Positions 11,521 through 24,619 of a stretch of DNA of 64,000 bases are shown here, one piece after another. A program made the position numbers and the translations under genes. The DNA is taken from positions 496,001-560,000 of the forward strand of contig CAUYUJ010000226.1 in the NCBI GenBank assembly GCA_963575745.1, given 5' to 3'. The notes under the pieces were generated by a model, which was given only the letters and a program-made list of their open reading frames with translations, searched no databases and was not told the origin of the DNA. Origin of the DNA: Prorocentrum cordatum. Taxonomy: Eukaryota. Position 1 is the first letter of the stretch, and every line of letters starts with the position of its first letter.

Positions 11521-13276
11521 GAATGTCAACAGTGTGTTGTGCAAGAGGGGAAAAAGGTGTGGCTTGCTGGACGGGAAGCGACACGCCCCTCCTCAGCCTC
11601 CTGGCGGGCCGGCGGGGCGCGGCAGCAGCCAAGCCGCGGGTTCTGCGCTGCGGACGTGCTCCCCGGGCGGCGGCGCCATCCGGCCGATGGGGAGGGCGAG
11701 GGGCAGCAGGGCGCGAGCGGGCTGGGGGGGTGGGGGGACCCGCGGCTCTCAGGCGCGTGGCCGCCGCCTCCGCCTCCGCCTCCGCCTCCGCCTCCGCCTC
11801 CTCCTCCTCCTCCTCCTCCTCCTCCTCCTCCTCCTCTCCTCGGGCGAGGTTCCATGCTCCGTGGGACGGGCGACGGGCGACGGGGAGCGAGGAGGGGCGA
11901 GGAGGGGCGGGGCGAGGGGGGGAGACGAGGAACGCTGAGAAAGAGGGGGGGGGGGTGACGGCGAGGGGCGAGGCATCGGGGGGGCGAGGGGGGAGGGCAG
12001 GTCTCGTTCCCTGCCGCCCCGCGCTTCCTCGCCGCAGGCCGAGCGCGCTCGTTCGCCGTGTGGCTCGCTCGGTCTCCCTCCCTACCCCCTTCCTCGCTCC
12101 TTCTCGTCTCTCCCTACCCCTCGCCCCTCTTGGCTCCCCTCCCTCCCTCCTCGCCCCCTCCTCCCTCCTCCCTCCCTCCCCCCCCTCCCTCCCCCCCCCC
12201 TCCCTCCGCATTCCCTCCCTCCGCATTCCCCCCCTCCCTCCCTCCCTGGGCTCCTCGTCCCGCCGCGCCTGCGCTTCGCCCGCCCCCTCCGCCTCCCGCC
12301 CCGCCTCCTCCGCACCCCCCTCCCCTCCAGTGCCGCAGCAGGCCGTGGAGCCCATGCCCCCCCCCCCCCCCTCCCTTCCCTCTCGGTGGCCCCGCCTGCG
12401 GGGCGGGGGTGTGCATCGGCATCGCTCGGACGTGTAGATCTTTTCCTCGGCGGGGACCATCGAGGAGCATCTTGGATCATCCTGCGGAGAGTACAGGCAC
12501 GGAGCCGAAAACGCGCACGGGGAATGGACGTCCGAGCGATGGCGAGAGGCTGGGGGATCATCTCGAGGGGCGTCGGCAGGCGGTGGATGTCGATATACAC
12601 GGCATTCCGCGGTTGCGGATCAGCGTGAGGGGGCGGGCGTTTGGTGGGTCGCGGGGTGGTCGCGGCGTGGGTCGCGGGGCGGGTCGCGGGTGGGACGACG
12701 ACACCAACAGCGCAGTAACAGCTGGCATCCCACAACCCCGCTTCCGCCACGCGCCCAGGGACACCGCATGCCCGCTGGGCCCCCTCTGACCAGATGCGCC
12801 GCCCGCCGAGGTACCCGAAGTCCGACCCCTCGGGCGGCGGCTGGGGATACGCCCCCGCCCCGGACCTCTCCCTCAAGGGAGGAAGAAACACCCGGACCGG
12901 ACAACTGGCGTTTACTAGACGACCCTGGGCGTTTATCTCACAGCCCTGCCCCGTTCAACTCCTTCTTTGGGCGCTTTTACTCAACGACTTCGCGTGTCGG
13001 GGTGGTTCTTATGGGGGTGTTTTTTCTGGACCTCTACTGCCCCCCCCCCGAGCCTAAAACAGGGCTAGGATCGGGATAAATCGCTCCAGAGCGTTCCGGA
13101 GCGCTCTCAGAACCTTCCGGAACGCTCTGGAGCGGCCGCGGCGCCCACTACGTCCCCCAAACCCGCCGATTCTCAGAGATTTCGAGCTCTCCCGATCCGA
13201 TTGTGTCCCGATCTCCGATCTTCGCGCCGTGTTACGAGCCGCCGCGGGCCGGGCGGGGCGCGGCCCTCCGCTCCAG

Positions 13277-13355
13277 GCGCTTCATGGCGCGCAACGTGCG
13301 GATGCGGCAGCGGTGGCACCGGCTGCTGGAGCCGCACAAGCAGCGGCGCGACGAG
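13277..13355 (+). CDS. Host gene micro-exon (RFMARNVRMRQRWHRLLEPHKQRRDE), GC donor
   Basis: CTCCAG|G acceptor, GAG|GC donor, codons end in G/C throughout, non-repetitive island among microsatellites. Confidence 0.7.
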
Positions 13356-13610
13356 GCGCGCGCACGGATCGGCCCGCCGCCCCCGGCGGCGCGGGCGGCT
13401 CGCCCTGCGCCTCCCCGCGCGCCTCGCCCGCGGCAGTCCGCGCCTCGCGCCGCGAGGCGGAGGAGGAGGAGGAGGAGGAGGAGGAGGAGGAGGAGGAGGA
13501 GGAGGAGGAGGAGGAGGAGGAGGAGGGAGGAGGAGGAGGGAGGAGGAGGAGAGAGAGGAGAGAGAGAGGAGAGAGAGAGAGAGAGAGAGGAGAGAGGAGA
13601 GAGGAGAGAG

Positions 13611-13652
<42 letters not shown>

Positions 13653-14454
13653 GAGAGAGGAGAGAGAGAGAGAGAGAGGAGAGGAGAGAGAGAGGAGAGA
13701 GAGAGGAGGAGGAGAGAGGGAGGAGGGGATGGGGGGGGGAGGAGGGGGGGGCGGGGAGGGCGCCCTGCGCCGCTTGCGGCCCGCGGCAGTCCGCTCCTCG
13801 CGGTGCGGGGGAGGGCGATGACGCTCAGAGGAGGGCGAGTCGAGGCACGGGCAGCTGGCTGTCGGTGGGGGGGGGGGGTCGTCGCCACGGCTGGGCGCAG
13901 TTCGGAAACCTGGTGAGTGTGATCTTTGGGGGGGGCAGCACGTAGAATGTGGAGGTGGAGGAGGAGGAGGAGGGAAGAGGAGGGGAGGAAGGGAGGGAAA
14001 GGAGGAGGGAGGAGGAGGAGGAGAAAGGGAAGAGGAAGGAGGAAGAGGAGGCGGAGGAGGAGGAGGAGGAGGAGGAGGAGGAGGAGAAAGGGAGGAGGAG
14101 AAAGGGAGGAAGAAGAAAAGGGAGGAGGAAGAAAAGGGAGGAGGAATAATAGGAGGAGGAGGGGGGAGAAGAGTCGGATGCCAGGAGGGGGAGGCGCTGG
14201 AGGAGGAGAAGGAGGAGGAAGAGAAGGAGGAGGAGGAGGCAGGAGGGAGGAGGGACGAGGCAGGAGGGGGAGGCAGGAGGAGGAGGAGGCAGGATATGGG
14301 CAAGTTTGAGGAGCAGGAGGAGAAGCAGAAGGAAGAGGAGGAGGAGGAGCAGGAGGAGGAGGAGAAGCAGAAGGAGGAGGAGGGTGACGAGGAAAGCGTG
14401 GAGCAGGAGGCAGGAGCATGCGCTGCAGGACAACCCCCCCATGCCGGCGACGAG

Positions 14455-14520
14455 GCGCGCCTCGCCTGGGAGCGGGCTTCCGCGGAGTCCTCGCGCCTCG
14501 CGGCCGAGTCCTCCGAGAAG
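14455..14520 (+). CDS. Host gene micro-exon (ARLAWERASAESSRLAAESSEK), GA donor
   Basis: GAG|G acceptor, AAG|GA donor, phase 0/0 compatible with both neighbours, high GC3. Confidence 0.6.
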
Positions 14521-16398
14521 GATCCCCGCCGTTGGCGCCGCCGCCGTGTGTGGGGGGGGCCTCCTCCGCTTCCGCCTCCTCCTCCTTCTCCGCCTCTTCC
14601 TTCTCCTCCTCCTCCTCCTCCCCCTCCTCCTCCTCCTCCGCCTCCGCCGCCTCCGCGTCCTTCTCCTCCTCCGCCTTCCTTCCTCTCCTCTTCCTCCCCC
14701 TCCTCCTCCTCCTCCTCCTCGTCCTCCTCATCCGCCTCCGCCTCCTCCTCCTCCTCCTCCGCCCCTTCCTTTTCCTCCTGCTCCTCCTCCTCCTCCTAGT
14801 CGGCGCGAGGAGCTCAGGAACTTCTTCCGACCGAAGTTTCTCCCACACATCGACAGCCGACCGTTTCAGGGCCAAACAACTTCCCGCGGCCAGTGGGGCA
14901 GATGACCTGGGAATTGATCTGAAACCGAACATTCTTGTCTTTCCAGGGGAAGCGGCGGCACATTTCGACCTTGTACTTCCTTCAGGCTTTGTGCACTGCA
15001 TGGGTTGCAGTATCACGAACAGGTTTGCTACTTCTTGACGCGTAGAATGTCATTGGCCTCCCTACAGCACAAAGACGGTCCGAGGCAAATTATCTCTCTG
15101 GTGTTGAGCCTTTTTTGGATGCATTGGCAGTACTGTAGCCACAGCGTCGACAACTGATTCGGACTGCAAGTGAGAGAACAATGGGTATGGTGATAATGTC
15201 GGCACAATCTCGGGCCAGGCTCTGATTCGCAACGGCGCAATATCTTGGCATGTACATGTGGGCGTCGCAACAAGCAGGGTAGAAACGCAACACATAAACA
15301 AGGGGAAGGCCCATGAGGCACTATGTTCGGAAGATTGTGGCATCATATGTGTTGCAAGTGCGAATTCATTGGCAAGAGATTTGCATGGGCGCATTGCCCA
15401 CAGCGAGGAGGGAGAAATGCGTTGGACTAGGACGTGGAGAAAATGAACAATTGGCATGCGGATGATTCACAGTATCTTGAAGCATGTTGCATGACATTTG
15501 GTGCAAGTGCGGATTCTGTTCAAGGTTCATTTGTGCGTGGTTTGTCTAATGATCACAAGCGCAATGAAGAGAGTACTTCCCGTGGTCAGGCGCTCTATAA
15601 ACTGCACAGGAAGATGAGAGAGCAAATTCTACATCAGTGACACAAGTGCAACGACGGGACGGGAGCAATGCCGGCGTGCACGTCGAAGCGGAGGCGGATA
15701 CATGAGAACAGTGTGGCACATAAATCGAATGACATGGTTACATGCCATCATGGCCAGCTGTTGGATCAGCTGTATGAGTTATCTAAGCTGGGGCGACGCC
15801 AGTTGTCTTGGATCCAGTGGCGAGACTCCACTTTCAGGGACAAGCGGCGGAATCATACGTCGCTTTGAATGCGTGCAGTGAGATGGGAGTTGTTGAGAAC
15901 CACGGCAAACCATTCAACATGATAAAATTTAAACAGTACACACTTAATGAGTATATATGCGCTGGCAAGACTGTCAAATATCGTGGATGTGCCAACAAAG
16001 GGAAGCAGCATGTAGACTTGGCTTTCACGTGCTTCATATAGGTTACCACGGTGTCGCTAAGACAAACAGCAACATGTTGTGGCTGTGCTTGCGCAAGTGT
16101 ATGATGGTGCGCACGGAAACCAGCATTGGCGCGCATTTGGCGCGGCGATACCGTTTGCGTCTCATTCGGGTGCTCTCGTGTTCGGGCTGCCCCACCAGGC
16201 CTTCTCAAAGGGGTCTCGCGAGGACGCGACCTCGCCAGGCCTCCCGACCCCGCCAGTCCTGCGTCGCCGAGTGCGCGCCGCCCTCTGCCGCAGGGCCACC
16301 ATGTCGGGCTCCCCTCGGCTGCGCGCCGCATCGCGCAGCTTCCGGGGGTGCCCGACTAGATCGTCACCGTGCTGCGGCTCCGACGGCCGCGCAGTTGC

Positions 16399-16615
16399 TT
16401 CGGATGCAACTCCTGGGAGGTCAAATTCTGTTTTTGCCCTGGTCCTTAATCCGGCTTAATCCGGTTTAATCCCATTTAATCCGGCTTAATTCCGCCTAAT
16501 CCCGCTTGATCCGGCTCAATCTCAGGCCCACTCCGGCATAACAGCCCCCCAATGGGGCTCAATCTGAGATTGTGTTAATCTTTCCGACGAAAACCTCCCA
16601 GTAGTTGTTTCCTAA
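16399..16615. mobile_element. MITE family B copy 1 (TIR core CAACTmCTGGGAGG, internal (TTAATCCGGC)n)
   Basis: CAACTCCTGGGAGG ... CCTCCCAGTAGTTG; flanked by GTTGC duplication; second copy at 58989-59199. Confidence 0.8.
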
Positions 16616-17499
16616 CGTTGCGCCCTCTGTCCGCGAGTCAAACAAGTGGGCTGGGAGGGCGGAAGGGGGGCTGAGGCATAGAGCCCACAGGGTCGTGCCA
16701 GCAGGCCGTGGGATGTGGGCTTTCCTGATCCGCGGCCCTGCTGACATGACCACCCGCATGGAGAGCTGATGTCCACAGCCGCCGTTGCTGCTGCTTTGGA
16801 GCACCTCCCCGAGCGCCTTGTACTAGTCCTTTCCCTCCTCCTCCTCCTCCTCCTCTTCCTCCTCCTCCTCATCCTCCTCCTCCTCGTCCTCCTCCTCCTC
16901 CTCCTCCTCCTCCTCCTCCTCCTCCTACGCCTGCCCCTGCTCCTGCTCCTGCTACTACTCGTACTTCTCCTCCCCTCTTTCTTCTCACCCTCTCCTCTTC
17001 TTCCTCCTCCGCCTCCTCCTCGTCCCGCCTCCGCGAGTCGTGGCCGTCGTCGTCGTCGTCGTCGTCGATCTGAGTTTTTCCAGCCTGCAGCCCCAGACCC
17101 TCTCGCGTCGTGCAGAAAATTGCGCCAGGGAGAGTTCATTGCTCTGTCTGCTGGACGTCCTGGGGCCCTCTATTGGGCGTCGGGATCCTGCAACAACACG
17201 GCTCAAGTGGAAGAACTTGTCCCCGAAAAGAGTCGGCCACGCACAGATGGGGTGCGGGGAGGGGGGGGAAGGCCTCTTGGAAGCACCCCTGCTTCTTAGA
17301 AGGCGCAGGCCCCGTCTACAGATGTATGGCTGGTGCCTTCTAAGAAGCGGCCTCCTTCTAAGAAGTTTTCCCCCCTCCCCCTCCCTGACCCCCCCACTGG
17401 CGAGGGTCACTCGGCTGTCAGGAGGAGCAGAGGGGCGGGAAAGGGCCAAGGGAATGGGGAGGGCGGAAAGAACAGGGAGAGTTGGGAAGTGCCATTTCC

Positions 17500-17990
17500 G
17501 ATCAGATCGATCCGATTCGACATCGATATTCCGACAATCCGATGCGGCCCGATGCTTATACGGCGCTGTTGAGTCTTGGCGCGGCCGATCCGATTCGATT
17601 CGATTTCAAATCCATGCTGATGCAGCCTGATCCGCGCACATTTCGATTTCATCCGACGTCACGACTCGATGCCATGCGGGCACCGTGATTGGGTCGTTGT
17701 GGACCGGCTGTCCGATTTGCACGGGCCCGCACGGTGTTTTCCCGGGCGGGTGCAGGCCCTGTCCACGGCGTTGGCCCACCCGTCACGCTGCGGCGTGAAG
17801 TGAGTACAGTCGGCCCGGATTAGTAGGTGCAGAGCTTGCGGCGTGTACAGTCGGCCCGGATGAGTAGGTCGACCCTGCCAGCTCGAGGGTACCCTTGTGT
17901 CCCGTGCCTCGCGACACGTGCCTTCTTGCACTCCTGTGGCGATGTGGCCCTCGGAAGGGTCTTGGGTCCGCTCGCGTGTCCTGTCCAATC
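17500..17990. repeat. Dispersed repeat: CGAT-rich palindromic block followed by GGGTACCCTTGTGTC...GGAAGGGTC...CGCGTGTCC segment
   Basis: Related copy at ~21075-21410; GGGTACCCTTGTGTC also near 46738. Confidence 0.6.
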
Positions 17991-18069
17991 AAGGCCGAAT
18001 GCACTGCACGCGCTGCCTGCCCCCCTTCGGCAAGGGTGTCTCTGAGCGCAGGCCAGGTCCGCCCGCCCT

Positions 18070-18113
<44 letters not shown>

Positions 18114-18787
18114 TTGTCGTCATTTTGTCGTCGTCGTCTTGTCGTCGTCGTCGTCTTGTCGTCGTCGTCGTCTTGTCGTCTGACGACGGCGCCTCCGCCC
18201 TGCCCCTGTCCAGCGGCGAGCCGAGGGGGGGAAGGCGAGGAGGGGCGGGCCTTCCCAGGAGGCTGGGAGGACCCCCGGCCTGCTGAGATGCTCTCTAATC
18301 ACCGAGCGCGCTCCACTACTCGCCAAGTGCCTACTCGCAAGCGTCCGAAAAACGCCTCTCTGCTTTGACGTAATCCAGCGTATAGATCCCTGGCGGGAGA
18401 TCCAGGCCTTTCGCGGGTAGACACTTTGCGGGTAGCGGAACGCGCTCGTCGATCTAAGCATTCGACGAAGACAGGAAACACCTCTCAGAAGGCGCGGGGG
18501 CTTCTGAGAAGTCCCGCCGCCTTCTGAGAAGGCCTCCTCCTTCTCACTGCCCCCCTCGCTCGCCGCCAACGTTCGCGAGCATGGCCCCCTCTGGAAGTGC
18601 CTCTTGTGGCATGTGGGTGTGCGAGTGCGTGCACGTGCTCTGTAGCCACTCCAGGTCAGGCCGGTGCGTCGCCGGGGGATCGCGGGAGCCCCTCGGCCAG
18701 AAGCAGCAGGCACAAGGGGATTCTCGAGTTCGATGGTACTCGCGGACGCCATTCGCATTTTTCTTCTTCTCCTCCTCCTCCTCCTCC

Positions 18788-18822
<35 letters not shown>

Positions 18823-19161
18823 GTCTCGGGCCGAGCCGACGATGCGGCTTCAAGTCGGGTCGCGGTCGTGGGCGTTTGCCCCCCTCGAAATTGAGGTGGC
18901 AAGGGTCGAACCCATTGCGCAGCGTACGAGGGGGAGGACGAGGTGGCCGCCGAGGCCAGACTACGTGGGTAAGTGTCCTCTGGGCAAAGTTTTCGAAGGT
19001 TCGTTGGTCTGAAGCGATCGTCTGTGGAGGCGGAGATTGAGGCGGTGGATGACTGAGACATACTAGGACGAGGATTGAGGGGTAGGAGGAGGAGGAGGAG
19101 GATCCCAGCCTCCCTCCCTCCCTCCCACCTCCTCCACATCCGGCCGCGCCGTTCTGCACAG

Positions 19162-19234
19162 GAGGCTGGGGCGGCCAAGCTGCGGGGCCAGATAGACACC
19201 CTCAAGCTCCAGCTGCCTGCGCTGGAGGCCTTCG
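19162..19234 (+). CDS. Host gene micro-exon (EAGAAKLRGQIDTLKLQLPALEAF-G), GC donor
   Basis: TTCTGCACAG|G acceptor, phase-0 start, helical heptad-like peptide, high GC3. Confidence 0.7.
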
Positions 19235-19812
19235 GCACGCGCGGCCCACCCGACCAGCCCTTGCGATCCATAACACTCCTCGTGTCCTAGGTTCGCGCCG
19301 CGGTCACGCGGCCGCGACCTCCTGCGCGGGCGTGAGAAGCTGCACTCGGCGGCGAGAGAGGGGGGGACGTGAGAGGGCAAAGGCCTTCCCACGAGGCGGC
19401 GGGACTTCCCGGCGGCCCTCGCGCCCCTCACCCCCGGGACCCCCCCCCTGGCGGGGAAGGGGGAAGGGATCAGAGGGAAGGGGCTTAATTACAACGTTGC
19501 TCAATTTCGCTGTGGCTGGCGCGCTCGAGGAGGAGAACCTGGTGAAAGTGGGGGGAACGGCGACGGGCGTAGGGAAAAGGGGGGAAGCGAGCGGCGGAGG
19601 CGACGACGACGACGACGACGACGACGACAACAACGACCACGACGACGACGACGACGAGTCAAACGGAACAGCCTCTTCCACACGCCGACAGGGTCGGCGG
19701 ATGTCTGATTTTTATTTTGAGCATGTTCCGACTGTTTCGAAATTCTTGCTTGCAAAAATCCGCCTGTAGGGGGACATGCCCGACCTAATCCGAGTTCGAC
19801 GAAGGGAAAGCG

Positions 19813-19968
19813 GCATAAACATGAACCGTCAACGGTCCGCGCGGATGTCCTGGATTTGCTCTGGCCCCCCCCCCTGGCGCCGCCCTTGGCGCGCTCCGCG
19901 CGCCAGGGATCGGGCTCCAGCTCAGATCCACGAAATCCGCGCAGACCGCCACAAGTGCATGTTTATGC
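19813..19968. mobile_element. Fold-back MITE family (TIR GCATAAACAT...ATGTTTATGC); related copies at ~33958-34117 and ~50511-50670
   Basis: Terminal inverted repeats plus shared GC-rich internal palindrome (GGCGCC...CCTGGCGCGCTCC). Confidence 0.65.
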
Positions 19969-22042
19969 TGTTGTTTGTTCAGCTATTCGTGCTTTCGTGT
20001 TTGTTCGATGTTCTTGTGCATTAGGGGGGGATCGCGGGCGATGTTTCTCCCCCAATCCCCGAGTTTCGCCCGAAAAGTCTGGCCGCTCAGAAGAATGGGA
20101 AAACCCTGGGATACGCCCCAAGGGGGCTATTCGGACGCACCCCTATCGAGAATGGACACCCCCCCATCGTATATCCCAGGGTTAGGCCCCAAATTTCTGG
20201 TCCATTCGGAAACCCCACGAAGCCTGGGATAGGGGTCGACATATCCCCTGTTAGATACCCTTGGATGTTTTCTTTGTTTTGGCCGACGTCGGCTCCCATG
20301 TTCTCGAAGGATGTTCTGGCCAGGGTGCGGCTCTAAGCGTATTCCCTGATAGCACAATGAATTCGTGGCCAACCTTAGGTCCTCGATGCTGTGGGCCATC
20401 CCTAAGCATGTGGGTGGTGCCGTCCGAGGCACCTGAAAACGAACAACCATCCATCCCCAATGTGTTTGGCCCTCCTGATTTAGGTCACCTCCCAAAGGAT
20501 TAGGCTAGGCGTACTTCGATTGCCTATCATTGAAAGCAGCTCGTTTTCGGGAATCCATATTCTATTCTACTTCAAGCGCCTTCCCACTGCAAGAGCCTGC
20601 ATGTGTTGTTGTGTTTGTTGTTCCTGGGGCGGCCCTGAACCCAACCTACGTTATCCGCCTTTCTACTTCATGTTTCTACCTATTCCTTTTTCTGACGGGC
20701 GAGCATTATAGGGGAACTTGCAATGACGTAAACATCAACACTCTGAGGTCCGCGCGTATTTCTCGGACCAGGCCGAGGAATGGTGTATCTTCGGGGAGGA
20801 ATGGGTACCCATGCCGCTACCCTTCCCACGTTTTCCGTTTTGTGAGTCTTTTGGGAGGCCCTCGCAGCCACCGCTGGATTCTCGACGTTCTGGTCAGATT
20901 GCATCCCGGGTTAGGTCCCGGAGGGGCTTTCGCTTTAAGACCGTGGTTCCTTGGACGTAGGTCCTGTGACCTGATGGTGGCCGCCGTGGCCAGAAAAGCT
21001 ACTTCGTTCCTTACTCAGCGTTCTTTCTGGTTTCTAGGCCCCCTAGATGGGGTCCGAGTAGATGGGGTCGGAGGATCGCGCCGCATCGCGATGCATCCCG
21101 ATGCGGCTTGGTGCGGAGCCCGGTTTTTTCCACGCCGACGGCGCCGATGCACCGCCGACGTCGCCGATGCATCGGCGAGGAATCGCCGATGCATGGCCGA
21201 TGCGGTCCGATCCTTCGCTTCATCTACAGTCGAGTTTGATCAGTGGGCCGATCCTGCCCAAACAGGGGTACCCTTGTGTCTTGCGTGTTGCGCGACCCAT
21301 GCCCTCTACGTTCCACTGGCCGTGTGGCCATCGGAAGGGTCCTGCGCCCCCTCGCGTGTCCTCCCCAATCCACCACGACTGCACCCCTCTCGCGTGTCCT
21401 CTCCAATCCGCCCCGGCTGTGCTCCGACCCCATCCAGGAGGCCTCTGTGGTGGCCGACGGCCCCAGCGGGATCGGGGCCCTGTGGGCTGCTCCATTCACT
21501 GCAGGGCCCGCCCTGGCATCGGCCGCGGGGGGCGTGCGCACCGTGCCGGGGTCCTGCAGGGGCGGCCGGACCGGGCGTGGCCGCGGTGCACGGCCTCCTT
21601 CTGCGCAGCCCTGCGGGGTTTTGTCGGGGCCTCCCGTCGGGCGGTGAGACAGGACGGGGAGGAGGAGAAGGAGGAGGAGGAGGACGGCGACGAGGTCTGT
21701 ACCCATCGGTCGTTGGAACTAGGTGGCTCTGGATTCCCAGATCCCGCTCTGCTTGAGGCGCCTTGCTACTTCCATGATCGAGTGGTGGCTTCACCGTTTC
21801 CGTCCTCCTCAGGGGGCGGGCGGACACCCAATCAATGTCTCAGGCCTTCCCGTTCCATGTTCCTACCTACTTCTTCGTAGCGATGGGTGGTACTCATCCA
21901 CTGCTCCCTGGCCAGGCCTATCTTGAACCCCAGGAGTTGTGTCTACGCCCCCCTGTCCGAGCCAGGAGGGCGTGTCGTGTATACACCGCTGCCGGGTGCA
22001 GGAAGTGCCCGGCCAGGGAGCAGTGGACATGCACACGCCGGT

Positions 22043-22213
22043 CGCTGAACGTAGGTATTTTTTGGATTCCCAGATCCCAATCTATTTCAAGCGCCTTCCT
22101 ACTTCAAGAATCGACACGCTTTTGCTGTGTTTTCTTCTTCCCTGGGGGGGCCTGGACCCAATCAACTTAATTAGCCTTTCTACTTCATGTGTTTACCTAC
22201 TTCTTCCGACCGA
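22043..22213. mobile_element. Dispersed ~170-bp repeat, probable MITE (ends ...CTACTTCATGTTTCTACCTACTTCTTCCG); copies at ~20500-20695, ~21710-21882, ~47500-47662
   Basis: Shared AGCGCCTTCC(C/T)ACT and CTACTTCATGT motifs in the same order; GAACGTAGGTA/TACCTACTTC inverted ends. Confidence 0.65.
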
Positions 22214-23883
22214 CATGTATAGATTTCGTCGCCCTGACTTGGGTGCCGGCTGCGGAGCCCGCTGGGGGCTCTCAGCGCCGCTGGTGGCGCCCGTGGGTTG
22301 TCTCGGGGAAGCCTGAGGCCCGCGATCGGCAGGCCAGCAGGCCCATGGGCCGTTCTGGGGCCATCCTGGGGTCCAGGAGCGCGTGGCACTTGACCAGAAA
22401 GCCTCAGCGGAGCGGCCCCCACGGGCCCACCAGGTTTCAGACTCCGCTGTATGAATCGTGTTCACGTTAGTCATGAGGCAGTGGCGAAGCGTCCCAGCTC
22501 GCCTGTGGGCCCACCACAGAGTGTTCGAATCTCATTGTGTGGCTTGCACGAAAGCTTAGAACATTTCTGGCTGAGTTTGTCTTCTTTTAACACATCGGGT
22601 TTCTGTTGTCAGAACCTTGTTTTTGTTATTCGGACACATTGGGGTCGAACACGGCGTGGTAGGCCTATAGGAGTGCCAGGACGGTCGGTCCCTGCTTAGA
22701 GTTATCTGCTTATCGAGCAGTTGGGGCCTTGTGTGCGATGATTGTGGGGCAGGCTTGTTCCTTTGGCCAAGACGTGACATTGTCAGGTACTCAGCAGTTC
22801 CTTCGGACCTGTGGCAGCGGTCTGAAGGAAGACAACGTAGCGCACAGCGGTGGGCATGCTCCAGTGAGCACGTGTCAGTCCAATTGCCTTACGCATTGGT
22901 GGTGCGCCAGTTCTTTGCAAATTGTGGTTCGGGTGCTTTGTTTCATGATCAAGTTCACTCCCTAGTCGGACCAACCCAGGCTTTTCGTCTTAGCTCCTCG
23001 CATAGCCCAGTTGTCTGATACGAAAAGAGTGTTTCTATCGTTCATTCTTCGGGAGTTGTGAATTGATATATGTCAAAGCGTGCACCGTTCCCAGTTTGTT
23101 CGTGTGATGTTCCCTCCGAATGCCATTGGGCTTCGCAGGCGTGTTCACGTGCTCTTCTTGGATCAATGGCAGGCGGAAGCTCATCCAGGAGCATCTGCAA
23201 TCGAACGTCGTCATGTTGGTTGATTCTATGTTTCTACCATACTGTGCCGATTCCTTGATGGTGCTGCACTTGGCGCATGAGGCTGAGAAGAAGACTGCCG
23301 TTGCAGCCAGAAGTTTCAAGGACCTCCGCCGCTTGCTCCCGTCCATGAGGCGTGGCTGGGAAACCGCGTCAGAGGCGACGCTACACCCGTCTGGTGGCGC
23401 GTGCATGCCACATCCAGAACGCGTCTGAGGACGCAGCTCCTGGTAGGTTTAGTTCGGCATCGGCGCTGGTGTATCCGTATTCGGAAATCGGCCTAACCCA
23501 GCACACTCTTGCTTAATCCTCTCCAGCCCCGTTGAATCGGGCCTAAACCCAGATGGCCACCTGAACTCTTGACTCATGGTCACCTCATGGGGCTTCCTAG
23601 CCCGTCATCTTTCGTGCGAAGGCCTCCGAGAGGTTGCCTCCCAGTGGGTCTGTCGATGATCCTGTAGCTGACATCAGGAGCTGCTGGGTGTGGGCTGGAT
23701 CGTGGGCGGCGGGCGTCGCCACGGGAAGCGCAGGGCGAGCACTCGCGGCAAGTCTGCAGCTTCTCCTGGGCGGGCACAGAGCCTGCCGCGCGGGTCAGGG
23801 CACCGAGAGCAGCAGCGCTGCGGACACCGCCCTGAGCGCTGTGGGGCGGAGGGCCGCCGTGCGAGCCTCGGAAGCTGGGCGAG

Positions 23884-23930
23884 GGCTGGCAGACCCGTGG
23901 CTGCTAACACGGTCCTCCTGGAAGAGAAAG
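23884..23930 (+). CDS. Candidate host micro-exon (G-LADPWLLTRSSWKRK, or alternative frame AGRPVAANTVLLEEK), GC donor
   Basis: CGAG|G acceptor, AAAG|GC donor; phase 1 start fits the previous exon. Confidence 0.45.
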
Positions 23931-24619
23931 GCAAATTCCCGGAGCAAAACTCAGGTGTTCGTTTTTGTTATTCATTGTTTTGCCGATCGGCGCGGGCCCC
24001 CCTCCCCCCCTCCCCCAGCCTCCCATGGAGTAGATCTTGGCTGTTTTTTGGCGCCTGATTCGAGCGGGTGGAGTCTCCCCCAGAGGTAGCACTCTTGCAA
24101 ACAGTCGCACTGAGCAGAGGTCTGGAGCCAGACCCCCACTCCCCCCCCCCCTTTCCGCCCAATGCCGCATCGCCGAATAGAAGAACGCTCACCAGCGCAC
24201 AAAATAGCATAGCAAACGGGTCGCTTCCCAGAAGAGAGAAACACTACTTCCCGGAGCTCCGTTTTCCAAGGGCGCCCTCGAGGGCGCGAAGTTATTCGCG
24301 CTTCGCGCTTCGGCTCCGATTCCCCCTCATCCTCTTCCTCTTCCCCGGGAGGCGGCGCGAGAGCGCGAAGTTATTCGCACTTCGCGCTGCGCGAAGCGCG
24401 AAGTTGGGAGCCCTGGGTTTTCGCAGCGCCACGGGCCTGCCGGCCTTCGCCCGGCTCCTGAGCGTCGGAGATGGCCGCGTGCGGGGCCTCTGGCCTCTGG
24501 CCTCTGCGAGCCGGGGCTCTGAGTGGGGCCCCGGGGAGGCCTGGTCCCGGCGCCCGCCTCGGGCAGAGGAGGCGCGGGAAGCCGGCCATGGCAACGGGCG
24601 CGAAAAAGGGGCGGGGAGG

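Noticed and set aside
9848..12460. 870-aa, 418-aa and similar long ORFs (poly-H/Q/M/E/P/R), also at 4889-6039, 13232-15016, 24292-25692, 52917-57463
   Set aside because: They are translations of stop-free microsatellites, open in several frames and on both strands
17196..17210. Possible dinoflagellate spliced-leader relic (GGCTCAAG; also CTTGAGCC hits in the satellite)
   Set aside because: Only 8 nt match; the CCATTTT part is missing
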